The notes: generated by a model not told the origin, from the letters alone. DNA of 64,000 nucleotides from Camelus ferus (GCF_009834535.1 NC_045697.1:35652001-35716000); one strand, 5' to 3'. Positions 1-12,019 are shown, numbered from the stretch's first letter. Program-made: numbers and translations.

Positions 1-299
1 CAGGGAAATGGTACTCCAAGCTTGTGTGTGGGCACATCTAATAGAGAACTGGAACCCAAACTCAGCCCTTCTAACTACACATCTCTTTTATGATGCTATC
101 CTGTTAACACATCACTATAAACTGCAAGGTTTTAGATGAACCACATGCGCCACGATTCTGACATAAATAAAATAACCATGTATTATAAAGTACTCATCTG
201 TGTAATAAGCACATGATAGCACATAACTGGTCCTCTCCCCACCCACGCTTGGTCAGCCCTTCTCATGCTGTCACACACATTCACAGTGCACCCATCACT

Positions 300-467
300 G
301 TTGCCATTTTCCATCATCCTGTGCAATAGTTTGATTCATGTGTACTCCTGCACTGGACTATAAGCTCCATGAAGGAAGGGAGCATACCTGATGTTGCACA
401 CCTTGAATTCCCAACAGAGTTCTTGGCTCAAATTAAGGGCTAAATAAATATTTGTTGAATGAATGAA
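300..467 (+). mobile_element. L2 LINE 3' end
   Basis: Contains CTGGACTATAAGCTCCATGAAGG and ends ATAAATATTTGTTGAATGAATGAA, the canonical L2 tail. Confidence 0.8.
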
Positions 468-665
468 AAATTGAAGTGAAGCAGCTAGTGGTTGGATTTG
501 GGGCTCTACTCTTAACCAGAAATCAACAGAGCCTATGAGAGACTGGAAGCCAAAGGAAAATATTTGTAAATGTGTTCGTAGGTTGTTCTTGGACTCTGTG
601 GTTAACAAGGGAGAAAGGAGAGCATCTTTCCAACTCATGTGAACAGGAGTTCATGTGGTTCTTAC

Positions 666-1172
666 TCCTGGGGAGGCCCTTCTGGGCCGCTTTCTTTGTT
701 TTTCTTTTCCTTTCTCCACCTTGGCTGGAGGCTGAGGAAGGAGAGCCTCAGCAAGGGGTAGAGTAGCAGTGTGGCCCCCAGTAGGAGAGAACTGGCAGGT
801 CGCCTCTTCTGGGCCTGGTGAAGTTGCTTGCAGCCAGAGGGTGTGGGCTCTCTCCTGGATCCCTGACCCACATCCAGAGCCCATGTTCAGGCCAAAGTCA
901 ATTGAGCTGCTGCCTCGGGCACGGAGAGAGGTTCTTATGGCAACACCTGAGCCTCTGGGGGCATCTGCCATGTATTTCTTTTGGCATCGCTGGAAGAAAA
1001 GAAAACTCTTCCACTCCAGATACTGCTGAAACCCATCATCCTTCCTAAAGGGGAAAGGAGGGGCTTTGGAGGGGCTTATTACATTAAAGGGATGGAGACA
1101 CATGTCACACGTCTGTATCAAGTCCATATTTGCTATCCTTGCCACTGGCTCTTCCGAGTGACTCTTCAGGAA
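666..1172 (-). CDS. Candidate unannotated coding exon (169 codons, phase 0-0), product unknown
   Basis: Acceptor TTTCTTTCACTTGCAG| at 1173, donor GGA|GTAAGA at 665, and an open frame over all 507 nt (ORF 651..1178). No recognisable homology. Confidence 0.25.
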
Positions 1173-1509
1173 CTGCAAGTGAAAGAAATATTATCTAAAA
1201 AGTGACTAAAGCATTCCTGTATCTAAATATAAAACTGGATCTAGATTATGAAAAAATATAAACTCAAGATCAGCCCACATTAAAGACTTGCTCCTAATGA
1301 GCATGCATCTATCAATGCTTATTCAGAATGAACCACACAAGATGCTCTGCTCTGAGCATTTAGTATGTAAAGGTCTCACGGAAGCTTAGCTAATGTCATT
1401 CATGCTCTCTGGTTCCCAGCACGTGAGGCACAAGCAGAGTCAGCTTTTTAAGTCTGCCAGGCTGAGAACCAGATGCCTTTGGGTGCCGCACTGAAGGATC
1501 AGGTCTGCT

Positions 1510-2910
1510 GAGATTTTCTTAATTTTTTAGATTTTCTCTTTGCCATTGGTCTTAAGTAATTTTATTATGATATGTCTTGGTATAGTTTTCTTTCTTTTTC
1601 ATAATGATTTTTGTTGCTTCCTTTTGATTTTTAAAAAGTTGTATCCCTTTTTAATTAAAACCTTTTTTTTGTTGTTGTTGGGGTGGTAGGTAATTAAGTT
1701 TGTTTACTTATTTTTTGATGGAGATATTGTGGATTGAACCCAGGACCTCATGCATGCTAGGCATGCACTCTACCCCGAGTTACACCTTCCCCCCATAGTC
1801 TTGTTTATTGTGCTTGATGGTCATTGAGCTTTGGATTGGTGGGTTTAAAGTTTTCATTTTGGGTAGCGTCTCCACGGTTGCTAATATTTTCTTCTGCAAT
1901 GTTTAATGTGCCATTAATCCCAACCAGTGTATTTTCTGTCTCAGACATTTTAGTTTTCATCTCTAGAATATTGATTTTATAAAATTATCTTCCATATCAC
2001 CACTTAACACACTCTGTCTTTCCTCGGGCTTTTGAACATATAGAATACAGTTCTAATAATTGTTTTAATGTATGTGCCTGCTAATTTGTACATCTGTAGT
2101 CAGTTCTGAGTCAGTTTTGAGTGATTGATTTCTTTTTCATCACCATGGGTAATGTTTTTCTGCTTCTTTGCATATTTAGCCATTTTACTAGATGCCAGTG
2201 TAGATTTTAACTCATTCAGTGCTGGATATTTTTATAGTCCTGTGAACTCTTTTGAGGGACAGTTCAGGTAATTGGAAACAGTTCGATCCTTTTGGTCTTA
2301 CTTATAAGATTTGTTAGGAGGAACAAAAGCATCCTTTATTCTAGGTTCATTATTTATCACTATGGAGGCAAGACCCTTTGGATAACTCCACCCAGTGCTC
2401 CATGAATTATGAGAATTTTCCAGTCTAGCTACTACTTGCCTCTGTGAGGCTGGATACTGTTCCCTTGAATCCTTTCGGGTCGCCTTAGAGGTGCTTTCCT
2501 CAAACACATACGCCGATCAGTACTCTGCTGAATACTTGAGGGGGAAGTTCCACATATCTCTGGGCTCCTCTGTGTACCTTTCTTTTCTCAGGTCCCCTGC
2601 CCTGTGAAGTCTAGCTTCCTTGGTCTTCCTGGTCTCCCATCTCTGTCTCCTTCACCCAGGATATCTGCTGGGTTCCCCTGGGTTTCCCGCCACCTTGCTG
2701 CAGCCTGGAAACTCTATCAAAAGAGTGATCTGGGCAACTTTAGAGCTTACCTTTGTTGTTTCTTGTCTCCTGGGGGTCACTGTCCTGATGTCCAGTGTCT
2801 TGAAAACTGCTGTGTCATGTATCTGTCCCGGTTTTTAGTCGTTTCATGTGGGAGAGTGAATCTGGTCCCTGTTACTCCATCTATGCTGGAAGTGGAGGTC
2901 AGCCATCACT
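1510..2910 (-). mobile_element. Old L1 (L1M/L1MC-type) 5' region and ORF1 remnant, interrupted by a SINE
   Basis: Reverse strand begins GACCTCCACTTCCAGCATAGATGGAGTAACAGGGACCAG, typical of L1MC 5' ends; T-rich ORF1-like sequence on the + strand. Confidence 0.7.
1663..1794 (-). mobile_element. Vic-1-type tRNA-derived SINE
   Basis: Reverse complement GGGGGGAAGGTGTAACTCGGGGTAGAGTGCATGCCTAGCATGCATGAGGTCCTGGGTTCAATCC with A/B boxes and AATTACC tail. Confidence 0.85.
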
Positions 2911-2946
2911 AGTCTATAAAGGCTCTTTAAAAATTAAAAGTTGTAA

Positions 2947-3752
2947 AAGCAAGAATAAACAAATGGGACCTAATGAAACTTACAAGCTTCTGCACAGCAA
3001 AGGAAACCAGAAATAAAACAAGAAGAAAACCTACGGAATGGGAGAAAATTTTTGCAAGTGAAACCGACAAAGGCTCGATCTCCAGAATATATAAGCAGCT
3101 CATACGACTCAATAACAAAAAAATAAACAACCCAATCCAAAAATGGGCAGAAGACCTAAACAAGCAATTCTCCAAGGAAGACATACAAATGATCAAAAAG
3201 CACATGAAAAAATGCTCAATATCACTAATTATCAGAGAAATGCAAATCAAAACTACAATGAGGTTTCACCTCACACCAGTCAGATTGGCCGTCATTCAAA
3301 AATCCACAAATGACAAATGCTGGAGAGGCTGTGGAGAAAGGGGAACCCTCCTACACTGCTGATGGGAATGCAGTTTGGTGCAGCCACTATGGAAAACAGT
3401 GTGGAGATTCCTCAAAAGACTAGGAATAGACTTACCATATGACCCAGGAATCCCACTCCTGGGCTTGTATCCAGAAGGAAATCTACTTCAGGATGACACC
3501 TGCACCCCAATGTTCATAGCAGCACTAGTTACAATAGCCAAAACATGGAAACAGCCTAAATGTCCATCAACAGGTGACTGGATAAAGAAGAGGTGGTATA
3601 TTTATACAATGGAATACTACTCAGCCATAAAAACTGACAACATAACACCATTTGCAGCAACATGGATGCTCCTGGAGAATGTCATTCTAAGTGAAGTAAG
3701 CCAGAAAGAGAAAGAAAAATACCATATGAGATCGCTCATATGTGGAATCTAA
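2947..3752 (+). pseudogene. L1 ORF2 C-terminal fragment with one nonsense codon (TGG>TGA at 3360-3362)
   Basis: ORFs 2973..3362 and 3375..3752 are in the same frame and separated by a single stop inside the HCWWEC motif. Confidence 0.9.
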
Positions 3753-4090
3753 AAAACAAAAACAAAAACAAACAAACAAACAAAAACAAAGCATAAATAC
3801 AGGACAGAAATGGACTCACAGACAGAGAATACAGACTTGTGGTTACCAGGCGAGTGGAGGGTGGGAAGGGATAGATTGGGATTTCAAAATTGTAGAATAG
3901 ATAAACAAGATTACACTGTATAGCACAGGGAAATATACACAAAATGTTATGATAACTCACAGAGAAAAAAATGTGACAATGAGTGTGTATATGTCCATGA
4001 ATGACTGAAAAATTGTGCTGAACACTGGAATTTGACACAACATTGTAAAATGATTATAAATGAATAAAAAATGTTAAAAAAAAGAAAAAA
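2947..4090 (+). mobile_element. Young 5'-truncated L1 (ORF2 C-terminus, 3' UTR and A tail)
   Basis: Translates to [14 protein letters not shown]...[30 protein letters not shown]...SLICGI*, the L1 ORF2 CCHC region; AATAAA and A tail at about 4063-4090. Confidence 0.97.
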
Positions 4091-4149
4091 TATGCTTATT
4101 TTAATAGCAGAAATGAAGGACTCAAAAATTCAGTTTAAAATATGTTCAT

Positions 4150-4356
4150 AAATAGATAAACAACAAGTTTATACTGTATTACATGGGCAACTACATACAA
4201 TATCTTGTAGTAACTTATGGAGAAAAAGAATATGAAAACAAATATGTGTATGTTCATGTATGACTGAAGTGTTGTGCTATACACCAGAAATTGACACAAC
4301 ATTGTAAACTGACTATACTTCAATAAAAATACATTAAAAATAAAAAAAAATTAAAA
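4150..4356 (+). mobile_element. Second, older L1 3' UTR fragment lying inside the same TSD pair
   Basis: ATAGATAAACAACAAG...GACACAACATTGTAAACTGACTATACTTCAATAAAAA followed by an A-rich tail. Confidence 0.9.
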
Positions 4357-4718
4357 AAAAATTAAAAGTTGTAACCCCCCTTTTCCCCATTCCATATGTT
4401 GGGATTTTCCTTCTGGATTTTAATTTCATTTTGTTTTATTTTTATATTGTAGGCTTTTTAGCTATACAGAAATTTTGGATTAAAATTTTTATTCTGTCAA
4501 AGCCAGTAGTTTTTCTTGTTTCTGACATTGATATCATACTTTTAAGTCTTTCTCCAACCCCAAATTTTCAGCCCTTTTTTTATCATACACTGAATTCTTA
4601 CATATTCTTGAGCTTTATATTTTGATCTATGTACGTGTTATTTAATTCTAGATTAAGTATAATTTAATAATTGTAGCTATTTAACATATAGAAGGCAAAT
4701 GATATGATAAACATTGCT

Positions 4719-5203
4719 TGTAGTCCTTCCAAACCCATTCTCTCCTTCTTTTATACTAATAACACCCTCAGTTTTTTAGGTGAGTACCTGCTGCCAAGAA
4801 CAATGACTCCAGTTCCAAACTCTCCTGGAAGTTAAGTGTGGCTGTATGACTGATATCTGGCCAATGGATTTGAAGTAGAAGTGATGTGTTCAACTTCTGG
4901 GAAGAGTTCTGAAGGAAAGGAAACACACCCTTCTCCTGTGCTCTTCCCTTCTCCTCCTGCAGACATCACTGTTGGAGCTTGAGCCGCCATCTTGGACCAG
5001 AGGTGGAAGCCATGTGCTGGGAACAGCAGAGCAACAAGATGAAAAGAGCCAGGTTCCCAGTTTCAAGAAGGGCTAGTTCAGCCCTACACCTCTTACCCCT
5101 GGGCTGTGCTTACTTGGGAGAGAAATAGGCTTTAATTTTGCTTTTGCCTCTCTTATTTTGGGATTGTCTATTACTCAGAACTCAACTGAATCCTGACTGA
5201 TAC
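4719..5203 (+). mobile_element. MaLR LTR (MLT1J/K-like)
   Basis: TG...CA termini (ends CCTGACTGATACA) and internal GCCGCCATCTTGGACC motif. Confidence 0.7.
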
Positions 5204-5829
5204 AAACTTATGAATTATTTTGACAAAAATCAATCTCACTGAGATTTCAATGGAAATTACATTACATTTATATATTAATTTAATGAGAATTGACTTCTTA
5301 ATAACATGGTTTTCCTATCCAGGAGTATGCTCTGTGCTTTCATTTGTTCATTTCTTCTATCTTATTCTAAGCATTAAAAAAACCCAAAGATGACTTCTTT
5401 TATTTTCCACATTGTGTGTTTTAAGCAACTATTATTCTTTGAGTTATAAAATGAAAATAAAACCAAATAAAGTGTTAGAGAACAATGCAGAAATGTAAGC
5501 CCAGGGTGAGCCCAAATCAAGGAAAAGAATCCCTCTTTAAGTGTAACTTTTTTACTTATTTGAAAATTTCATGAATTTCCCCCCTCTGTATATGATTCCC
5601 ATAAAGCAAGCTGATGGCTGTTGAACACTCCAGTGTTCCTCAAAGCAGCCCTTTTAAGCATAATTGCTTACCAGAAGTGCTGGGAAATTCATTTGTGCTG
5701 CGTGATTCTATTCAGGTGTTTTATTTCTTAATAGGATCTCATCCATGTTACCTACAAGCGGTGTGTGATTTTTTGGAGCAGTGCAGACAGAGGATTGAAT
5801 GCATAAAGTTTCACTGACTATCAGGCTTC

Positions 5830-6080
5830 ACAGCTAAGAAGACAGTTTGGTACTTGTATTCAGAGGGGCTGGGTTTGAGACTTGGAGTGAGTAAGTTCCT
5901 AATAGATATAAGACTGTGAACAGGTCATTTACCATCTTGGAGCCCCAGTTTTCTCATGTGTAACTTGGCAATGGTAAAAGAAAATACTTGCTTAAACTTC
6001 TTTACAATTTTGCTGTAAAAGCCAATGAGATCACGGATATGAAAATGCTTTATAAATGATAAAGTCTATGTAAGTGTTAA
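5830..6080 (+). mobile_element. MIR SINE
   Basis: Core CCCAGTTTTCTCATGTGTAA...AATGAGATCACGGATATGAAAATGCTT. Confidence 0.6.
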
Positions 6081-6364
6081 TAATGGGTTGGTCTTTTGTA
6101 ATCACAAAATAGCATATTTCTCATTATCTTCAGTCATGGTTTTTTATTTCTTCAAGTACAAAGATCTTTCTTTAGATGAAAAATGTACATGAACCCTTTA
6201 CACATGGTGGTATTTTTATTATCACCTGTTTGAGGAAGTAAATGGGATACATGTCATCAATACATTAGTAACAGTTGTGAATGAATATTTTTCAATCACA
6301 ATAGCACTCGAAATAGTAGAAGTTATATGAGTAATTCATATTACCTGTTCAGTCTACAGATAGT

Positions 6365-6800
6365 GCTGCTAAGGATTCTTTAAGCTGCAAGTAACAGAAA
6401 ACTTAAAACACATTGGCTTAAATATAAAGAGATACAATATCTCATTAATAATATGTACAGAAGTGAGAAGGGATTCAGGTTTGGGTGATTCATGTGCTCA
6501 ACGATATCAGGAAACAGATTCTTTCCATCTCTCCTCAGTGCTGGCTTCCTCCTCTATCAGGTGGCAAGATGGCTGCAGCAGCTCCAGCACTCACCTCCAG
6601 ACACTGTCAATGTCCCAGGAAAAAGAAAGACAATGTATTTTTAACATTCTGTTTTAGAAGAAAGAGTCTTTCCCCAGAATCCCACTCCTGATCATACCTT
6701 AATTGACAGACATAATTTGTGTGTCTATTTCTGAAATCATTGTAAATTTTGAATGAGACTTTTCTTTTTTAATCAGTCTAGATCATCCTTGGAGCTGCAG
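6365..6800 (-). mobile_element. MaLR LTR (MLT1-like)
   Basis: GCTGCAAGTAACAGAAAAC...CAAGATGGCTGCAGCAGCTCCAG, MLT1 in reverse orientation. Confidence 0.6.
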
Positions 6801-6949
6801 GTGCCTCATGAGGCAGTAACTTTCTTGGGAGAAGTGGATTGGTGTTTGTTTAGTGTAGGCAGAGCTGGTTGGTACCTGACCTCATCTTGTTAGGCACCAT
6901 TTCTGATGTACATTGGTAACTTCCTAGTGCAAGTGTCTCTTATTCTCTC

Positions 6950-7330
6950 TCTCTCTGGGATTTTGTTTCTCTGAGGGATTTCACAAGAACTTTCTTGGCT
7001 TGCATGTGGGGCTGACTTAAAAGTGCTGATAAACTGATAGTTCTGCAAGCAGCACTCGGTCAGTGATGGATGAGAATTGGCATTGCCCCTTGGTGGGAAT
7101 ACCCTGCGGGATGTTCCATCCACCTCCTTTAGGTCCCCAGGGGTACTGAACTCCAGTTGCCCACAGTGATAATCTGCTCATCAACACACTCTATATTGAC
7201 TTCTTTCCCTTCCTGCATCTCTTCCTCACTCACAGACTCCTACCAATGTTTCCTCGAATCCTCTGTCAAACACACTCCTTGTCCCAAATCCTTGCCTCAG
7301 GGTCTGCTACTGGGGGAGCTCAATCTAAGT
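6950..7330 (+). mobile_element. ERVL LTR (LTR16-like)
   Basis: CTCCAGTTGCCCACAGTG...CCAAATCCTTGCCTCAGGGTCTGCTACTGGGGGAGCTCAATCTAAG 3' end. Confidence 0.6.
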
Positions 7331-9396
7331 TGGTAAGAGCAAAGAAGGAGGAAAATATTCTGTGTAGGGAGCTAACAGTGTCCACTACAGGCACACAGAG
7401 AGCCCGAAATCACTTATAAATCCCCCAGGTTCCATATTTATTGGTCTCCAAGTATAGTCTCCGAAATGACCCCCAAACTAAGACTGAGACTCACTATTCC
7501 CAAGAATACATATAAATCTGAAAACTTGTGACAAAATGCAAAACAGTAGACCTTCTGGAACCTTGATGGCCATCATTAGTAGGTATAAAGTCTTCTCAAT
7601 AAGCCTCTGAGACTTTATTAGCCAGAATGCTTCAGACTGAAATGTCTTGAATATAGATTTGCTTCCCAGGGTATCTGTCTTTCCCTCTCTGGTCTGTATT
7701 TCTTGAGGTTTTAGGTTATTTGAGATTTGGATTATTTAACTGAATCTGCTTCATAGGGATTTGGGGATTGTTATTATGTGTAGAATGATACTTCAAAAAA
7801 AGAATTTTATTTCTTCAAATAAAGTCTTTGGCTCATTGGTTTATGATATTCCTGGAGTTTTCACTTTAAAATATAAAGGTCAAAAGGGATATAACTACTA
7901 GATGGATAGAAAAATGGAGAGCTTGAGATTCTTCAACTAAAATTGGAAACCAAAACTTTATCACTCATCTTTCCACAGATGCAATGTGTCTGGAAACTTG
8001 GACATCTGGGATGTGGGCATCTCAGCCTTCCTTCAGCTTCTTACTGGAAACTGAGGAGTTTTCTTGACAGCAGTAATAAATCAAACCTCCACAGGAAGCA
8101 AAGAGATAATTGAAGTAAAACATAAACTGTGAAATGTCCTCCCTAAGATTATTATAGCCCCTTCCTCAGCTGTAATAATCCTTTCAAGTGTGGAAATTTT
8201 AATTTGCTCACAGTGTTCACCAGTCTAAGTTAACTTAGAGAACTATTCCACAAACTCTAGGTACTCTAACTTGTCTTAGGCTATTCCAAATCCATGGTAC
8301 TTTTTGACTTTTTGAATCGAAATTTTTGACCTGCTTTACTATAAATATCTTTCAACAGGTATAATAAGCATTCTAAAGGGGTCTACTATAGTTTGAAGAC
8401 AATAAATGAGGATTCTAAGAATTTCACAGTGACAAACTGAATGGCAGGCGTATTGAAAATAGACATAGCTGTTGAGCCATGGACTTTTTCCACAGGAGGA
8501 CTCTGAGGTTACTGTTTTCAGTGGCATCATATTCATAACCAATTTCTGTTCAGTTGCATGCTTCTGATGTATTTTAATCTGATTTTGTTGCTAACAGTAA
8601 AACACTGGCCTGGCTATCTTTGAAGTCAGTGATTTAAAAATATTTTAGAATGATTGCATTATATTTTGAAATAAAATTAATTAAAAACTATTTTATGACT
8701 TTTCTCCAAATTTTAGAAGCAGCAACTATTTCACGAAGAGGAAAAATTGTTATTGGTGCTTCCATAAGATTATTATTTAGTTTCCATTGGATTCCTCTAG
8801 GAAGAACTATAAAAATGGTTGATCTTTCTCCTTTTTTTCAGACTGCAATGAGCAGCCAGTGCTCCTTCATTTGTAGCTCTCAGGGCAGTCCTAACCAGCC
8901 TCTTGAAGTCGGAATGCCCTTGAGGAAGCTGAGTATTTCCATAAAATCTTGGTTGCTTAACCAATGAAAATGAAAAAATTTCAAAATTAAATGGACAGTG
9001 ATTCCCTTAGCTGTAGCACACTTAAGCATGATCAAATGAGAACATAGATTAGAATATAGTTTTGAAAAACTGCAAATTCGTTATTGTCCACAATTTACAC
9101 AAATTCATTGTTGTTACTATCATCAGACACCTCCATACTGATTAAACAAAATATTATTTCTCAAGTTTAAGGCATAAACTTTGTTCTACTTGTTGGTTTG
9201 AATTCCTGGTTTTGGAGCTTGCTTGATCTGTTTAAAGATTCCTTAATATTTTTACATATTTTATTGTTTTTGCTAAATAAAATCTCCTTTGATTCCACAG
9301 CAGTATGCTCCCACAATCTTCCCAGATTTGTTCCAGCTAAGGGGAACAAATCTGTTATTATTCACACACTCCTACCTCACTTACAAAGATCCCTAG

Positions 9397-9933
9397 TAGG
9401 GGACACTACTGGTTACCTACCTGGTATCCGTCATCTCTTTCCCTCAAATGTAATTCCAATTTGGATTAGGCAGCCCCTCTTTCCCTGCACAGCTCAAAAA
9501 GCTGACCCTGCCCCTTTCTGTAATGGTAAAACCTTATTATTTTAAACCAGTTACAGTAATTCTACTTCTTGCCTGTGACTGGTTCAGGAATTGAGACAAT
9601 CAATGTTTGTCTTTACTATTATTGGTCATTGGGTGTACAGTTAGCCTAAAATTGTGCAATTTGATTATAAGGAAGGAATTTTCCTCTGTGGTTGGAGAAA
9701 GTGTTTTCTCTCCGACTTGTTGGATGTGAAGGAGGAAGCATGTTGTCCCATTGCTCTTGGCCCCTGTCTTGTGACTGTGAGGGAAGTGAACCTACACACC
9801 AGTGGACACAAGGGAAGAATTAAGGGACCTCTGGAGCAAAGGGAGCCTGGTTTTCCCACACCTGGGTCTACCCTATCTCTGGAATTTGAGATGGGGCTTC
9901 TGTACTTGCAGCCCACAGCATTCCAACTTATAC
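9397..9933 (+). mobile_element. MaLR LTR (old MLT1)
   Basis: Internal GTGACTGGTTCAGGAA; ends TACTTGCAGCCCACAGCATTCCAACTTATACA. Confidence 0.6.
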
Positions 9934-9949
9934 AGGGATGTACCTCCTA

Positions 9950-10358
9950 GAGAGATCTGCAGGCCAATGCAATCCTTATCAAAATCCCAATGATAATTTT
10001 TGCAGAAGTAGAAAAACTCAGCTTAAAATTTATATGGAATCTGAAGAGAGCCCAAATAGCCAAAATAATCTTGAAAAATGAAAACAAAGTTAGAGAGCTT
10101 AGGAATAAACTCTCACGTATAAGGTCAAATGATTTTTAACGAGGGAGCCAAGACCATTCAGTAGGGAAAAAGAAGTCTTTTCAACAAATGATACAGCAAA
10201 AACCGGATCTCCACATGCAAAAGAGTGAAGATGAACCCTTACCTAACACTGTATACAAAAATCAATTCAAAATGAATCAAAGACCTAAACATTGGAGCCA
10301 AAACTATGAAACTTTTAGAATAAAACATAGGGGGAAAACTTCATGACACTGGGTTTGA
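9950..10358 (+). mobile_element. L1 ORF2 fragment (degenerate, with an internal deletion near 10100)
   Basis: AATGCAATCCTTATCAAAATCCCAATG (NAIPIKIP-like) and CTTTTCAACAAATGA (SLFNKW-like) segments. Confidence 0.85.
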
Positions 10359-10802
10359 CCCTAGGGTCTGACCTAGGAATATCTAATATATAGTTTTAAT
10401 TGTTGCTTTTTACCATACTGTGTTGTAAATCCCAACTTCTGTTTCCTCAGCTTTTAGTCAAAATGTATAGCAACCTTGAGTTCTTGATTCTTTGCGGGAA
10501 TAAAGTGGATTGAGTGGTGTTCAGCATGGTATGAAATAGGCCAGAAAGAGGGGTTGACATCTGTTAAGATGAATGTTATGGATGGAAAGAAGGCTCAGCC
10601 TAGACTGGACAGGGGGACAAGAATGTCCCCTGCTTCCCCAGCAATTCCTGGCACAGGTTGGAGTCTTTCCCACAGCACAGGGGATAGGGGTTCCAGCCAT
10701 TTCATTCGGATGTTAAATGGTAACACCAGAATCCTGGGGAATTTGGAGACACTAGGGTTACAAATGGAATCAAGCTTATTATGTACATTCAAGCATATAT
10801 TT

Positions 10803-10934
10803 AACATTTTTTTATTTTAACTTTTTTGGGGGAGGGGTAATTAGGTTTATTTATTTACTGGATGTACGGGGGATTGAACCCAGGACCCTGCGCACACTAA
10901 GCATGGGCTCTACCACTGAGCTATACACTCCCCC
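10803..10934 (-). mobile_element. Vic-1-type SINE
   Basis: Reverse GGGGGAGTGTATAGCTCAGTGGTAGAG...GGGTTCAATCCCC; flanks AAGCATATATTT / AAACATATTTTT resemble a TSD. Confidence 0.9.
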
Positions 10935-12019
10935 TAAACATATTTTTGTGGCTTTGCTGGAGTCATTCTTTTTGTCTTAGTCCTTTGACATTTTCTTCCC
11001 CAGCAGTAAACTTCTGTGGAAAAGATGTTTAAATTGATAATTTACTACAGTCACACACTAAGGTTTCAGCCATATGCGGCTTATCACAGGAAGCACAAAC
11101 GATCAAAGTCAAATGAAACATTTTTGTATTTAGCGTGTTCCACAGAGCTGTCTTGTTATAACTTTCTTTTCATTAACAATGGAGAGGAAAGTACACTGAC
11201 GTCAGCTGTGGACATTGCCAAAGCAGACATTTGCTTTCTGTTAGCCTCAGTCCTCCCCTCCTAGGCTTACCGCCTCTCGTGATGGGCTGCCAGGGCTGCG
11301 TCTGCTTTATGTACGGCTCCCCGAGATAAGATGGAGGAATCTCCTGTTCAGAGCTCGGCTGTCCCATCGGAGCTGTTTCTCTTCCTCTTCTTGTGGAACA
11401 TCTGGAAGCCTCAGTCAGCATGTTGAGCCTGTCCCATCCTGAGATACATATTTTAGGCATGGCAGTGTGGCTAACATGTGCTACGCCAGCAGGGCTGTTT
11501 ACAATGTCTATGTTTTGGGAGAAGCAGTTGGTGCATTTATCTCCAGATGGAGCAGATCTGTGCTCAGGCAAGAAAATAATGCCCGTCAGTGGAGGCAAGG
11601 GAGGAAGGGGATGTAGCTCACGTCCCTATTCACTCTCATGGAGTGGTGAATGGTCCAGGGATACCTCTTTGGGTCATCTCAGGAGAGTGTCCCAAATATC
11701 CAATCAAGGATGGAACCTGGCAGTCCCGTTGGTGCAGACTTTGAGGCAAGGTGAATGGAATTTAATCTGGGTTGGAGAAATTGACCATCATAAGATGGTT
11801 ACAACGGTGCTAAGTATTTGAGAGATCAGTAGGCCTCTTGGTATAGGAAGAAGGAGTAATTGTGCAGTAACCTCTGGGAAGACAGAAGGACCCATCGCTA
11901 AGAAAGTCCTAGGTCACTTGCTTCACTCACGCACGCACATGCACGTGCACCATGTGAGTGTATGTGTGTGTGCACATGTGTGTGGGGGTTGCAAGTTCTT
12001 GGGACCTAGTCCCTCTCCT

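Noticed and set aside
2973..3752. ORFs of 129 aa and 125 aa as host genes
   Set aside because: They are the L1 ORF2 C-terminus split by one stop codon, within a 5'-truncated retrotransposon
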